DNA from: Vicinamibacteria bacterium
Lineage (GTDB): Bacteria; Acidobacteriota; Vicinamibacteria; Vicinamibacterales; CAVVIG01
Reading direction: 5' to 3'
Length of the DNA stretch: 58,615 nucleotides
Assembly (NCBI GenBank): GCA_041484265.1
Contig: JBGPHH010000001.1
Span: forward strand, 1 to 58,615
Positions 1-8,212 of this stretch are shown here, piece by piece. Position 1 is the stretch's first letter. Every line of letters starts with the position of its first letter. Under the pieces are notes generated by a model. It was given only the letters and a program-made list of their open reading frames with translations, was not told where the DNA came from and did not search any database. The translations under genes were made by a program, and so were the position numbers.

Positions 1-1
1 C

Positions 2-835
2 GTGCAGGCGGGAAACATCGGCGGTCTGGCCGACTACATGGTGGCGTTCGAGGAGGCGGTCGTCCCGATCTTTACCAACGCGCCGTCGGCCGAACTGGCC
101 ATGCTGCACTGCGTCTCCGGCGCGGGCCTGGGGATGACGATGACGCTGTCGCCGGTCGAGCCGGGATCGAATGTGGCGGTCTTTGGCATGGGGCCCGTCG
201 GGCTGAGCGCCGTGCAGGGCGCCCGCATCATGGGCGCGGCGCAGGTCATCGCGATCGACCCGGTCAAAGTGCGTCGCGACCTCGCCCTCAAGCTTGGCGC
301 CACGGCGGCGCTCGATCCGAATGTCGACAAGGGCTGGGATCTCGTCGCGCGGATCAAGAACATGTGCAAGACGACCGATCGCATCTATGCGGGCGGCAGC
401 TATCAGGCCGCCAATCGCGCAGGGATCGCGGCGAACATCGGACCCGACTTCGTGATTGAGGCTGTCGGGTACGACCGGTTCAAGCCGAAGGTCGAAGCTG
501 GGCCCGACCCGACAGGCATGGAGCCGCTGGCGCAGGTGTGGCAGACGACGCCCACGGGGGGCCATCTCTGCACCTGCGGCGTAGGCTTTCCCACGCAAGC
601 CAAGGTGTCGTTCCCGGTCGGCCAGTGGACCAACGGGAGCAAGACCCATCACTCCAGTCAGTACGGCGGCACGAACTCGATGCGCGAGATGCCGCGCTAC
701 GTCCGGCTGATCGAGCGCGGGCTCTTCGACGCCAAGTCGATGATCACGGACAAGTACAGCTTGGACAAGATCATGGACGCGTACGACGCCGTCGCGTATC
801 GCACGACGGTGACGGCGATGATCACGATGACGTAG
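2..835 (+). CDS. Zn-dependent alcohol dehydrogenase / medium-chain dehydrogenase-reductase (MDR) family protein, 5' part cut by window edge
   Basis: Open from the window start. Rossmann segment FGMGPVGLSAVQGARIMGAAQVIAIDP. The C-terminal half aligns by eye with the 19500..20927 product (GPDFVIEAVG, CGVG, RLIERGLFDAKSM). Confidence 0.8.
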   Translation: MQAGNIGGLADYMVAFEEAVVPIFTNAPSAELAMLHCVSGAGLGMTMTLSPVEPGSNVAVFGMGPVGLSAVQGARIMGAAQVIAIDPVKVRRDLALKLGATAALDPNVDKGWDLVARIKNMCKTTDRIYAGGSYQAANRAGIAANIGPDFVIEAVGYDRFKPKVEAGPDPTGMEPLAQVWQTTPTGGHLCTCGVGFPTQAKVSFPVGQWTNGSKTHHSSQYGGTNSMREMPRYVRLIERGLFDAKSMITDKYSLDKIMDAYDAVAYRTTVTAMITMT

Positions 836-915
836 GGGCTAGGGGTTAGGGGCTAGGGGCTAGGGGTTAGGGGTTAGGGGTTAGCCTAACCCCCAACCCC
901 CAACCCCTAAACCCT
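833..915. repeat. Seven tandem TAGGGG[C/T] heptamers followed by an inverted C-rich arm (TAACCCCCAACCCCCAACCCC); an imperfect long hairpin between convergent genes
   Basis: Read directly. The array starts at the TAG stop of the ADH gene. ggggtta-gcc-taacccc forms the hairpin tip, and the outer heptamers pair with mismatches. Confidence 0.85.
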
Positions 916-928
916 TCAGGGGATGAAC

Positions 929-1768
929 TCAGTTCTTGGTAGCGACGACCTGCAGATAGGCGCACTCCATTGCGAGCGTGCCGTCGGTGGCGCGATTGTA
1001 GCGGTCGAAAAGCGTCGCCACATCGCTGCGTAGCGCGTCCTGTCCGGCCGCGTCGATCGCCTGGAACGCGCGCGCCATCGGTCCGAAGTACCTACGGAAG
1101 ATCTCGATCGCCTGATCGATCGACCGGTAATACATGGTCACCGTCTTCCGCTCGGTGCGGATGGCGCTCGTCCCCGAGCCAAGCAGCTCTTTCAGACCTT
1201 CTTCGGTGCCCCAGCGCAGGGCCGGCTTGAGGCCGGCCGGCGGCGGCGCGTATTTCGCGATCGTGCGGGAGAAGTCACCACCCCATTCGGTGGGCATCCA
1301 ATTGGCCATGCCGATGCGACCGCCGGGCTTGCACACGCGCAGCAGCTCGTAGGCGGCCATCTCCTGATTGGGCGCGAACATCACCCCGAAGGTCGAGAAC
1401 ACGGCGTCGAACGTCCCGTTCGCAAAGGGGAGCGCCTGCGCATCGCCTTCGCGGAAATCGACCGTCACGCCTTCGGCGGTCGCGCGCTGCCGGCCTCGTT
1501 CCACAAGCGCCGGCACGAAGTCGATGCCCGTCACCTCGCAGAACCGCCGCGCCGCGACAAGCGCCGTGTTGCCGCTGCCGCAGGCGACGTCGAGCACTCG
1601 CGCGCCGGCGTGCGGGTTGACCGCGGCGACGACAGCTTCCGCCACCGGCACGATCGTCATCGCGATGGCGTTGAAGTCGCCGGTCGCCCAGGTCTGTTGC
1701 TGACGCCCGGTGATGGATTTGAAGTCGAGCTGTGCGCTGATGCTGACGGTCTTGTCGCTGGCCGGCAC
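929..1768 (-). CDS. Class I SAM-dependent methyltransferase
   Basis: Motif I VLDVACGSGNTALVAARR, followed by GIDFVP and DAVFSTFGVMF (post-I/II motifs). 279 aa ORF. Confidence 0.85.
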   Translation of the reverse strand: MPASDKTVSISAQLDFKSITGRQQQTWATGDFNAIAMTIVPVAEAVVAAVNPHAGARVLDVACGSGNTALVAARRFCEVTGIDFVPALVERGRQRATAEGVTVDFREGDAQALPFANGTFDAVFSTFGVMFAPNQEMAAYELLRVCKPGGRIGMANWMPTEWGGDFSRTIAKYAPPPAGLKPALRWGTEEGLKELLGSGTSAIRTERKTVTMYYRSIDQAIEIFRRYFGPMARAFQAIDAAGQDALRSDVATLFDRYNRATDGTLAMECAYLQVVATKN

Positions 1769-1922
1769 GGTGTTCCCCCTTCGACACTAATCAGGAGATG
1801 TTCAGCAGATATTACCTCTGCGACGCCGCCAGGAAATATCTACCAGCCAGAATGGGAAGCGGAGGAGGCGCTGAAGAGGCGTCTTAAAGGCTCAAGAGTT
1901 CAGGCCTGAGCCTCGAGCACGG

Positions 1923-2246
1923 CTACTCGACGCTTAGGCCCAACTCGCGCACTTGTTCCCGAAGCGTAGTCAGCTCGCGGTTGACGTCCCTGAAGCCGAG
2001 AAGCAGCGTCAGGCCCGGCTCGTGGCTCTTGTAGCCGGTGTACTTCTCAACTGTCTTATCGGCATTCTGGGGTCGTCCGTGCCTTGCGCCGCTGTAGAAG
2101 AAGGGATTTCCAAGCTCGGCTCTGACCTCGCCGATCTTGGCGGCGAACGCCCGCATTTCGGACATGAGGGCGGCTTGTCGCGCGGTGGCCTCTGAAAATC
2201 TCAGCAGCAATTGCTCAACCTTGGCTGTTCGTTCCTGGTCGCCCAC
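1923..2246 (-). CDS. Hypothetical protein (107 aa)
   Basis: ORF with protein-like composition. No recognisable motif. Confidence 0.45.
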   Translation of the reverse strand: MGDQERTAKVEQLLLRFSEATARQAALMSEMRAFAAKIGEVRAELGNPFFYSGARHGRPQNADKTVEKYTGYKSHEPGLTLLLGFRDVNRELTTLREQVRELGLSVE

Positions 2247-2386
2247 GAAGCACCTCCGCAGTGCTCACTTTATAAGCGGTAAGTCTCAGGTCTCAAGTCT
2301 GAAGTCTGTGAGGCTGTGCGCATGGCCGCACACGTTGAATCCGGCTCGCCGCGCCACTAGACTGCCAACCGTCGCCCATACAATGG

Positions 2387-3580
2387 ATGAGGCAGGTGGC
2401 TCGTTTATACGCTCGTTTCTTCTTTGTTCTCTGCTGTGGCACAACGGGATCGGCCCAATCGTGGACCCCTGTTGAGTTCGGCGCGCACGTGTCGGACCTT
2501 GGCCTCATAGGCACTCTTGGCCCGGCGGGAACCGTCGGCGTGGGAGGACGACTCGATGTGAACCTCACGCGCCGCGTCACGCTTGAAACGCAGCTCAACT
2601 GGTTCCCGAAGAGCTTGCCTACGGGCGACCGCCAGGGAGGCCAGACGCTTCAGTTGTCCCTCGGCGTTCGGGGGACGTTCATCAGGCGACGCCAGTTTGA
2701 CGTGTATGGTGTGGTCTCGCCTGGTTTCCTTCATTTCACGGACACAGTAGCTGGTTACGACAATGGGAGTGCGCTCATCGGCGGGGCGTCGCGTTTTGCT
2801 CTGACCAGCGGCTACGGCGCGGGTTTCTACCCCGCGTCGAGATGGACGGCTCGCGTTGAATTCAGCGAGACGACGTATGTCACGCCAGGGGCTGAAATCG
2901 CGCGCTCTGCCCCGGGCTCGAATGGCGCGTTCCTCATCATCTCGACACCGGCCACGGTCCAGACTCCCTGGCAAGTAACGGCCGCCGTGGGCTATCGCGC
3001 GGGTCGGCCGAGAAGCGACGACAGTGAGCAGGCCGTGTCTGGACGATGGGAGGTGGGCCCACAGTTCAGTTACGGAGTGTCAACGGATGCAGCCGGAGTC
3101 GGAACCGCGCTCGAGCGAAACGGCGGGGTTGGCGCGTTCGCTTCATACAGACTGTGGCCGTATGTGGACGTGGATGTCGCCGTCGAGGGATTCCTTCACC
3201 AGGACTCTGTGCACACGCCGTTGGACGGCGGAAAGGTCGCGCAAGGATTTGCAGGAGTCAAGGTCGGCTTGCGGCGCGATCGTGTTGGCGTGTTTATGAA
3301 GGTGAGACCTGGCGTCAGCACACACTCGATGGCGTTCGGATCGCTAGATTCGGTGTCAGGTACGGTGACCGACGCGCGCGTGACGTTCGCGCTCCTTGAC
3401 GTCGGCGGCGTACTTGAGGCGTACCTGCGTCCTCGGTTTCTGATCCGACTCGACACGGGCGTAGTGACTTCGATATTCCATCCCGTCACGATTGTCGTCG
3501 ATGGAGAAGCCATCGAGCAGCCTGCCCCGCGCGCGCTTGCACGAATTCAGATGGTTGCCGGCGTGGGACTGAAGTTTTGA
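2387..3580 (+). CDS. Putative outer-membrane beta-barrel protein
   Basis: N-terminal signal-like segment FFFVLCCGTTGSAQS, alternating beta-strand-like pattern, C-terminal ...VAGVGLKF ending in Phe. Confidence 0.55.
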   Translation: MRQVARLYARFFFVLCCGTTGSAQSWTPVEFGAHVSDLGLIGTLGPAGTVGVGGRLDVNLTRRVTLETQLNWFPKSLPTGDRQGGQTLQLSLGVRGTFIRRRQFDVYGVVSPGFLHFTDTVAGYDNGSALIGGASRFALTSGYGAGFYPASRWTARVEFSETTYVTPGAEIARSAPGSNGAFLIISTPATVQTPWQVTAAVGYRAGRPRSDDSEQAVSGRWEVGPQFSYGVSTDAAGVGTALERNGGVGAFASYRLWPYVDVDVAVEGFLHQDSVHTPLDGGKVAQGFAGVKVGLRRDRVGVFMKVRPGVSTHSMAFGSLDSVSGTVTDARVTFALLDVGGVLEAYLRPRFLIRLDTGVVTSIFHPVTIVVDGEAIEQPAPRALARIQMVAGVGLKF

Positions 3581-3661
3581 ACGACCACTGAATGAGGCCT
3601 GGAGGTTAGAATAGCCACTCTGGCAGGTCGGACCCTACCGATCTGAGCAATAGGGGAGGGT

Positions 3662-4510
3662 GTGATGTTGAAGCCCCGTGCCCTCTGGTTCATCTGCGCT
3701 TCGGCCGTTCTCTGCTGCATCGGCGCGGTCCTCTTCGCACAGCAGGCGCCGGCAAGCCCGACATTCGAAGTCGCCTCCATCAAACAGAACAAGTCTGGCG
3801 ACCCTCGTTTGCAGATGGGTTTTGAACCCGGCGGCCGCTTCAATGCCGTCAATATCTCCATACGGAACCTGATTTCCATCGCGTATATCACGGCCCGGCC
3901 AGCGCTCCCGGGCCTCCGGATCGTGGGCGGCCCCGCGTGGATGGACTCGGCCCGATTCGACATCGTGGCAAAGACCGAGGGCCAATATCAGCCGGGGAGT
4001 GATGTCCCCCTGCTGCGGAACCTTCTGACTGAGCGTTTCAAACTGAAGGTCCACATCGAAACCAAGGAACTTCCGGTGTATGCGTTGGTTCTCGCGAGGC
4101 AGGACAGACGATTGGGCCCGCGCCTGACACCGTCTTCGATCAACTGCGACGTTGTGAATGGACGGGGAGGGTTGCCAGGCACCCCCAATCAGGCGGCATC
4201 GAGCTGCCGGGCCTTGGGTGCATTCGGCCGGATCAGCGGCATGGGCCTCTTGATGTCGCAATTGGCCGGCAGTCTGTCTGGTCCGGTCAACGCCATCGTG
4301 TTGGACAGGACGGGCCTGGACGGCGTGTTCGATCTGAATCTGGAGTTCACGCCGGATCAGGCGGCGTCTGGTGGTCAGCCCGTTGCCCTCGACACGGGGC
4401 CGTCGATCTTCACGGCCGTTCAAGAGCAACTGGGGCTCAAATTGGAATCCACGAAGGGACCGGTTGAGGTCGTGGTGATCGATCATGTCGAACCGCCGAC
4501 CGAGGACTAA
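3662..4510 (+). CDS. TIGR03435-family (Acidobacteria 'soil-associated') secreted protein
   Basis: Signal peptide, FEVASIKQNKSG near the N-terminus, C-terminal LGLKLESTKGPVEVVVIDHVEPPTED characteristic of the family (recognised from memory). Confidence 0.75.
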   Translation: MMLKPRALWFICASAVLCCIGAVLFAQQAPASPTFEVASIKQNKSGDPRLQMGFEPGGRFNAVNISIRNLISIAYITARPALPGLRIVGGPAWMDSARFDIVAKTEGQYQPGSDVPLLRNLLTERFKLKVHIETKELPVYALVLARQDRRLGPRLTPSSINCDVVNGRGGLPGTPNQAASSCRALGAFGRISGMGLLMSQLAGSLSGPVNAIVLDRTGLDGVFDLNLEFTPDQAASGGQPVALDTGPSIFTAVQEQLGLKLESTKGPVEVVVIDHVEPPTED

Positions 4511-4652
4511 GCAGTTCATTTACGTTTCGGCCGCTCTTTGGTGCGTCGGCGGTGCCGTGTTTACGCAGGCTCCCGGGCTGAAGCTGGAATCCACGAAGGC
4601 TCCGGTCAATGTGGTCGTCATCGATCACATCGAGCGACCGACACCGAACTGA
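4485..4652 (+). pseudogene. Internally deleted TIGR03435 paralog: signal-peptide region fused in frame to the conserved C-terminal tail (55 codons)
   Basis: Manual translation gives MSNRRPRTKQFIYVSAALWCVGGAVFTQAPGLKLESTKAPVNVVVIDHIERPTPN*. The N-terminal part resembles the signal peptide of the upstream gene and the C-terminal part resembles its last ~25 aa. Confidence 0.6.
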
Positions 4653-4857
4653 GTGAAGCCCCTTGCGGGGTTGTCGCGTGGCCTGTCATGTCCCTCCTGT
4701 TCACGTATGGACGAGATTTCAAGCTAGCCCGACCTGCCAACGTTCGCGCGGAGAAGTGCTCGCGCTCGCCGATTCCCTCCCTCGCTTTTCTTGCTACGCA
4801 AGACCACGATTGACATAGAGTCGTTGTGAGCCACCCACCACTTCTGGAGGAATCCCG

Positions 4858-5073
4858 ATGGCGAAATCGACGAAGAGAACGACAAGAGTCGTGACCATGC
4901 CGAGGCCCGCATCTGCGCCTCGGATGCAGAGCCCGTCAGCAACGGAGAATGAGATTGCCAGGCGCGCGTTTGAGCTTTACTGCGAGCGAGGCTGTCAAGA
5001 CGGACGGGACGTTGAGGACTGGCTGCAGGCCGAGCACGAACTGCGAACGACGACGAGTTCCACAGCGGCGTAA
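4858..5073 (+). CDS. DUF2934-domain small protein
   Basis: ENEIARRAFELYCERGCQDGRDVEDWLQAEHEL matches the DUF2934 signature (from memory). Confidence 0.7.
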   Translation: MAKSTKRTTRVVTMPRPASAPRMQSPSATENEIARRAFELYCERGCQDGRDVEDWLQAEHELRTTTSSTAA

Positions 5074-5121
5074 TCCGATTTCTGGGGTCCAGTCCTGAAG
5101 CGGGGGTGTCTCCTATTACCC

Positions 5122-5136
5122 CTCACACTGCTTGAC
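5122..5136. repeat. Left target-site duplication CTCACACTGCTTGAC (extendable to 18 nt with the preceding CCC)
   Basis: Identical 15-mer in direct orientation at 19431..19445, each copy immediately outside a terminal inverted repeat. Confidence 0.85.
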
Positions 5137-5172
5137 GGGGATAGCGTACAGGGAGGGGAAAAGTGCTACACC
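5137..5172. repeat. Left terminal inverted repeat core GGGGATAGCGTACAGGGAGGGGAAAAGTGCTACACC; looser similarity continues to ~5345
   Basis: The reverse complement of the right end reads GGGGTATAGCGTACAAGGAGGGGAAAAGTGCTACACC. Subterminal GCGCGC/ACGCAC-rich stretches are shared. Confidence 0.85.
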
Positions 5173-5415
5173 TCGCGCGTGGAGATCGCCTATCCGCGCG
5201 TGCGTGCGTCGTTTGCGTATGCAGAAGTCGCGCGGCGCGCGCGTCACATAGAGCCTGCGCACCCACCTAACACCCTCACACGCGTCAGCTCACACGCACG
5301 CGCGAATGCGAAGTGGCCGCACGCACACCGTTCACGATCTGCGCGCAGGTTGGGGGGGGGCGCACGGAGATCGATCAGGGCGTGTAGTTGGAGTGGTTCG
5401 GCGTTCGCAGCAACG

Positions 5416-6345
5416 TCACTGCGCTGGAATGTCCGTCTGTTCGACGCCGAATTGTAGACGAACTGTGCGGCGTTTGCGATAGACGGGGACAGTCATTCTC
5501 AATCGCGCGTCGAAATAGTCTCGCAGCATCGGTGGGCGCGGTGTCTTCAGATAGCGGTCCGGATTGCCTGCGAGGTCACCCGATGCGACGAGTTCAAGCT
5601 CATCCCTGCGCGTAACGCGTTGGACAAGTGCGGGGATGTGAGTGACGCCGACGTCCCGAAGTGCGTACGCCCTATGACTACCATTGCCGAGAACGAGGCG
5701 GTTCTCGACGCTAAGCACATTGAGAAAGTTCGAGCCATACCCAACGGACAATGCGAGGATGGCGCCGGGGCGGCCGGCTGACTGGAAAGTTTGAACTTGA
5801 GCGGGCTGCAGGAATTGCGCTTCCAGGAAACGGAAATCAGTCGAGTCGGACATAAAAGTGTACATGTTCTGCGCATTCTGCATCGCCGTGAACTGCGGCG
5901 GCTGAGGGTCAAGTAGCGCGAAACCAAAAACAGCCGCCGGCGTTGGGTTTGAGCCGAGGCGCGCCTTAAGTTGTTCGATGAAGGCGAGGTTGATGAACTT
6001 CTGAAAAACGACGAGCCGGTCCAGCTCGACCATCGCGATTTCAGTGGGGACAAAACGGTAGGCCATCTGGAACACAGGATCATTCAGAACTCCGGCGGCC
6101 AAGTGGTTAATGTCGGCCGGCACAGGCACAACCGGGGGATTGTCGGCGGCACCCGCCTCGCTCTTTTCCAGTGTAAGAACGTGGTCGTTCGCAGCCCGCC
6201 AATCCGCCGTGAGTTTTCCGAGGTCAGCTGTCTGACCGTCCACGCTCATTGTGCGAATAAACCCAAGAAGTTCGCCGATCGGCGGCCGGCCGATCAGGAA
6301 GACGTGAGGATCGGAAGCGACTGACGGGGTCAATTGAGTTGGCAT
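5416..6345 (-). CDS. Hypothetical protein (310 aa from ATG at 6345)
   Basis: The coding-like part starts at MPTQLTPSV. The upstream extension of the 387 aa ORF runs into repeat DNA. Contains LGNGSHRAYAL, faintly like the ParB/DGQHR-type motif. Confidence 0.55.
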   Translation of the reverse strand: MPTQLTPSVASDPHVFLIGRPPIGELLGFIRTMSVDGQTADLGKLTADWRAANDHVLTLEKSEAGAADNPPVVPVPADINHLAAGVLNDPVFQMAYRFVPTEIAMVELDRLVVFQKFINLAFIEQLKARLGSNPTPAAVFGFALLDPQPPQFTAMQNAQNMYTFMSDSTDFRFLEAQFLQPAQVQTFQSAGRPGAILALSVGYGSNFLNVLSVENRLVLGNGSHRAYALRDVGVTHIPALVQRVTRRDELELVASGDLAGNPDRYLKTPRPPMLRDYFDARLRMTVPVYRKRRTVRLQFGVEQTDIPAQ

Positions 6346-6438
6346 TTTGTGGTGCTCGGGGAAAATTGGCCTGCTGCCTAACAAGAACCACGCAATCCGA
6401 TGTGCGTGCGAGGCTCGAAGTCTAACGCTGCATTGAGC

Positions 6439-6775
6439 CGGATTCAATTGTGCGGACGCGTGTGCGGCTGTGCGCACAGTGCGAGAAGAAAATGCACGGG
6501 CGGGCGGCGAAATGCACGTTCGTTTCCATGCCCGGCTCACCGCGCGCACGCGCGGACGGGTACAAACAAGAAATCTCACAATTTGTCAGGAATGCAGGAC
6601 TCTCGCACACGTTCCGCGTCGTGAGGGACGGGCGCGCGAAACGCGAACGGCCCACGCGCACACAGCGAGCGATCTAGCGCGCGGAGTGCTACACCCGCGC
6701 GTGCGCGCCCGCAGATCGCGCCCGGTGTGTGTGCGTCGTTCGGCGTTCGCGCGCGCGTTCGCTGAACGCATGTTA
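6439..6775. repeat. Internal copy of the element's subterminal sequences: right-end-like (6439..6684) directly followed by left-end-like (6685..~6775)
   Basis: Shared blocks with the right end: CGGATTCAAT (6439 / 19266), GCGAGAAGA (6481 / 19301), CACGCGCACAC (6653 / 19354). AGTGCTACACC(C)GCGCG at 6685 matches 5162 (same orientation) and 19394 (inverted). Confidence 0.65.
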
Positions 6776-6787
6776 CCGCTCCGCGAT

Positions 6788-8011
6788 TCAGGCTAGTTCG
6801 TTTTGTAGCCTAACTACCTCCTTGCCGAATTCATCCAACACTGAGGGGTCGATACTAATTGTTAGCGTCATTTCAACCACTCGCGGCGTCACGGTTGGTG
6901 GAGCTGCAATCGCGGTTTCGTACGTGTCCCTAATATAAGGACCAAATTCTCGCACCTGCCGTATCAGGTCATCTACCATCTTGCTGACGATTGAACGAAG
7001 GAGGTCATAACGCCCATCAATATTCGCGGCACGCATGCGCGCGGACCAGTGAAGCGCATCCCCGTAGATGTCCGCAATCGTATCGGCGACGAAGATCAGT
7101 CTCTCCGCGTCGCCACTCACTCCCTTGGGGCCGAGCGCTTCTTGAAGCGTCTCGTTCATTAGAGCCGATAGCGCCTTGGCCATTCTCATGGTGTCTGAAA
7201 AACGGGCTCCAAACCAAGCCAATGGCTCCTTCACGTCCTCGCCCAAGCCGAGAGGAATTCCGGTCTCATGCCGCCTCCGTAAACGATGATGCGCGCTCAC
7301 TCCGTCGATCAAGGCGTGCGCGAATAGCCGATATTCCCATCCAGCAGGCTTGTCTAAGGCAATCCGCAAGCTGTCGCCGTGAAGATCTTTCAGCCAGTAT
7401 TGGTCGCCCGCCTGACGGATTCGCTTTTGGAGTGAGAGACCATGACGATGCTGATACGCGAACTGTATCCGCAATGCGTCAATGATGTCGCCCGCGTGCT
7501 TGAACTCTTGCATCCACACTTTGTCCGTTGACCGCACTTGCTCGATAAAATCGAATAGTCTTGGCGTATCTACTCGACTGACGAAGTCAGCGGTCGGATT
7601 CGATTTCCAGATCGGAACTAGCGCGAGTATCCCCTGCTCGATAAAGGCGTAGATGGGAATCCCCTTTAGCCGTGCAGTCAAATACTCCAGATTCGTCACC
7701 GACTTGGACGTCTCGTCATCGATGGTTCCGTATCGCCCGCCGATTACCAAGACGAAAATGTCAGCATCTTGCTCAACACGTTCTCGACAATTGTCGATCG
7801 TGTTGGCGTCAGGACTCAGCGGAAATGACGAGTGCTCCGATAGCAGGGGGCGGTAGCCGAGTTCGTCCTGTAGAAAGCGTCGAAGATCTTCTCTGATCTG
7901 ACGTAGGTCGTAAAATGTCGAGCTGACCATAACGCTGGGTGGATGAGAGCTTTCGTCCATGCAATCCTCGTTTCCCGAATCGTCAACTGTTCTCCCTGAC
8001 GCTGCAAGCAC
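6788..8011 (-). CDS. DUF4062-like N-terminal domain protein with an uncharacterised C-terminal domain (start may be 7960 or 7930)
   Basis: VMVSSTFYDLRQIREDLRRFLQDELGYRPLLSE...ADIFVLVIGGRYGT resembles DUF4062 (from memory). The gene is visibly less GC-rich than its surroundings. Confidence 0.6.
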   Translation of the reverse strand: MLAASGRTVDDSGNEDCMDESSHPPSVMVSSTFYDLRQIREDLRRFLQDELGYRPLLSEHSSFPLSPDANTIDNCRERVEQDADIFVLVIGGRYGTIDDETSKSVTNLEYLTARLKGIPIYAFIEQGILALVPIWKSNPTADFVSRVDTPRLFDFIEQVRSTDKVWMQEFKHAGDIIDALRIQFAYQHRHGLSLQKRIRQAGDQYWLKDLHGDSLRIALDKPAGWEYRLFAHALIDGVSAHHRLRRRHETGIPLGLGEDVKEPLAWFGARFSDTMRMAKALSALMNETLQEALGPKGVSGDAERLIFVADTIADIYGDALHWSARMRAANIDGRYDLLRSIVSKMVDDLIRQVREFGPYIRDTYETAIAAPPTVTPRVVEMTLTISIDPSVLDEFGKEVVRLQNELA

Positions 8012-8212
8012 CCGTGGACTTCGAGCGAACTCGGACGCTTATCCCAGCCGCGTCGCAAGGCACAGCTCCATCGGCCGTTCCCAGTGTCCGCAGTCGGATG
8101 GATAACCCAACCGAAGTTGCTATGGGAGCAGCGCGTACCCTGTGGCCTTCAGCTGTCCAATTCTCGGAAACGTTGAACATCATCTGAAGGCTCGGCCGGA
8201 TGTTCTAGCGAA

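Noticed and set aside
833-915. TTAGGGG-type repeats as a replicon telomere
   Set aside because: The array is internal, only ~80 nt long, flanked by ordinary convergent genes, and self-complementary. A hairpin/terminator-type element is more plausible than a chromosome end.
5352-5360. G9 tract in the left subterminal region as a phase-variation switch
   Set aside because: It is non-coding, with no gene start nearby. The right end has only a G6 at the comparable position, so there is no evidence of function.
5179-5615. Small ORFs 5179..5457 and 5388..5615, and the cluster of ORFs at 6400..6938
   Set aside because: They lie in the GCGCGC/ACGCAC-rich subterminal repeat DNA of the element. Their translations are Arg/Ala/His-rich low complexity, so they are best treated as non-coding transposon-end sequence.
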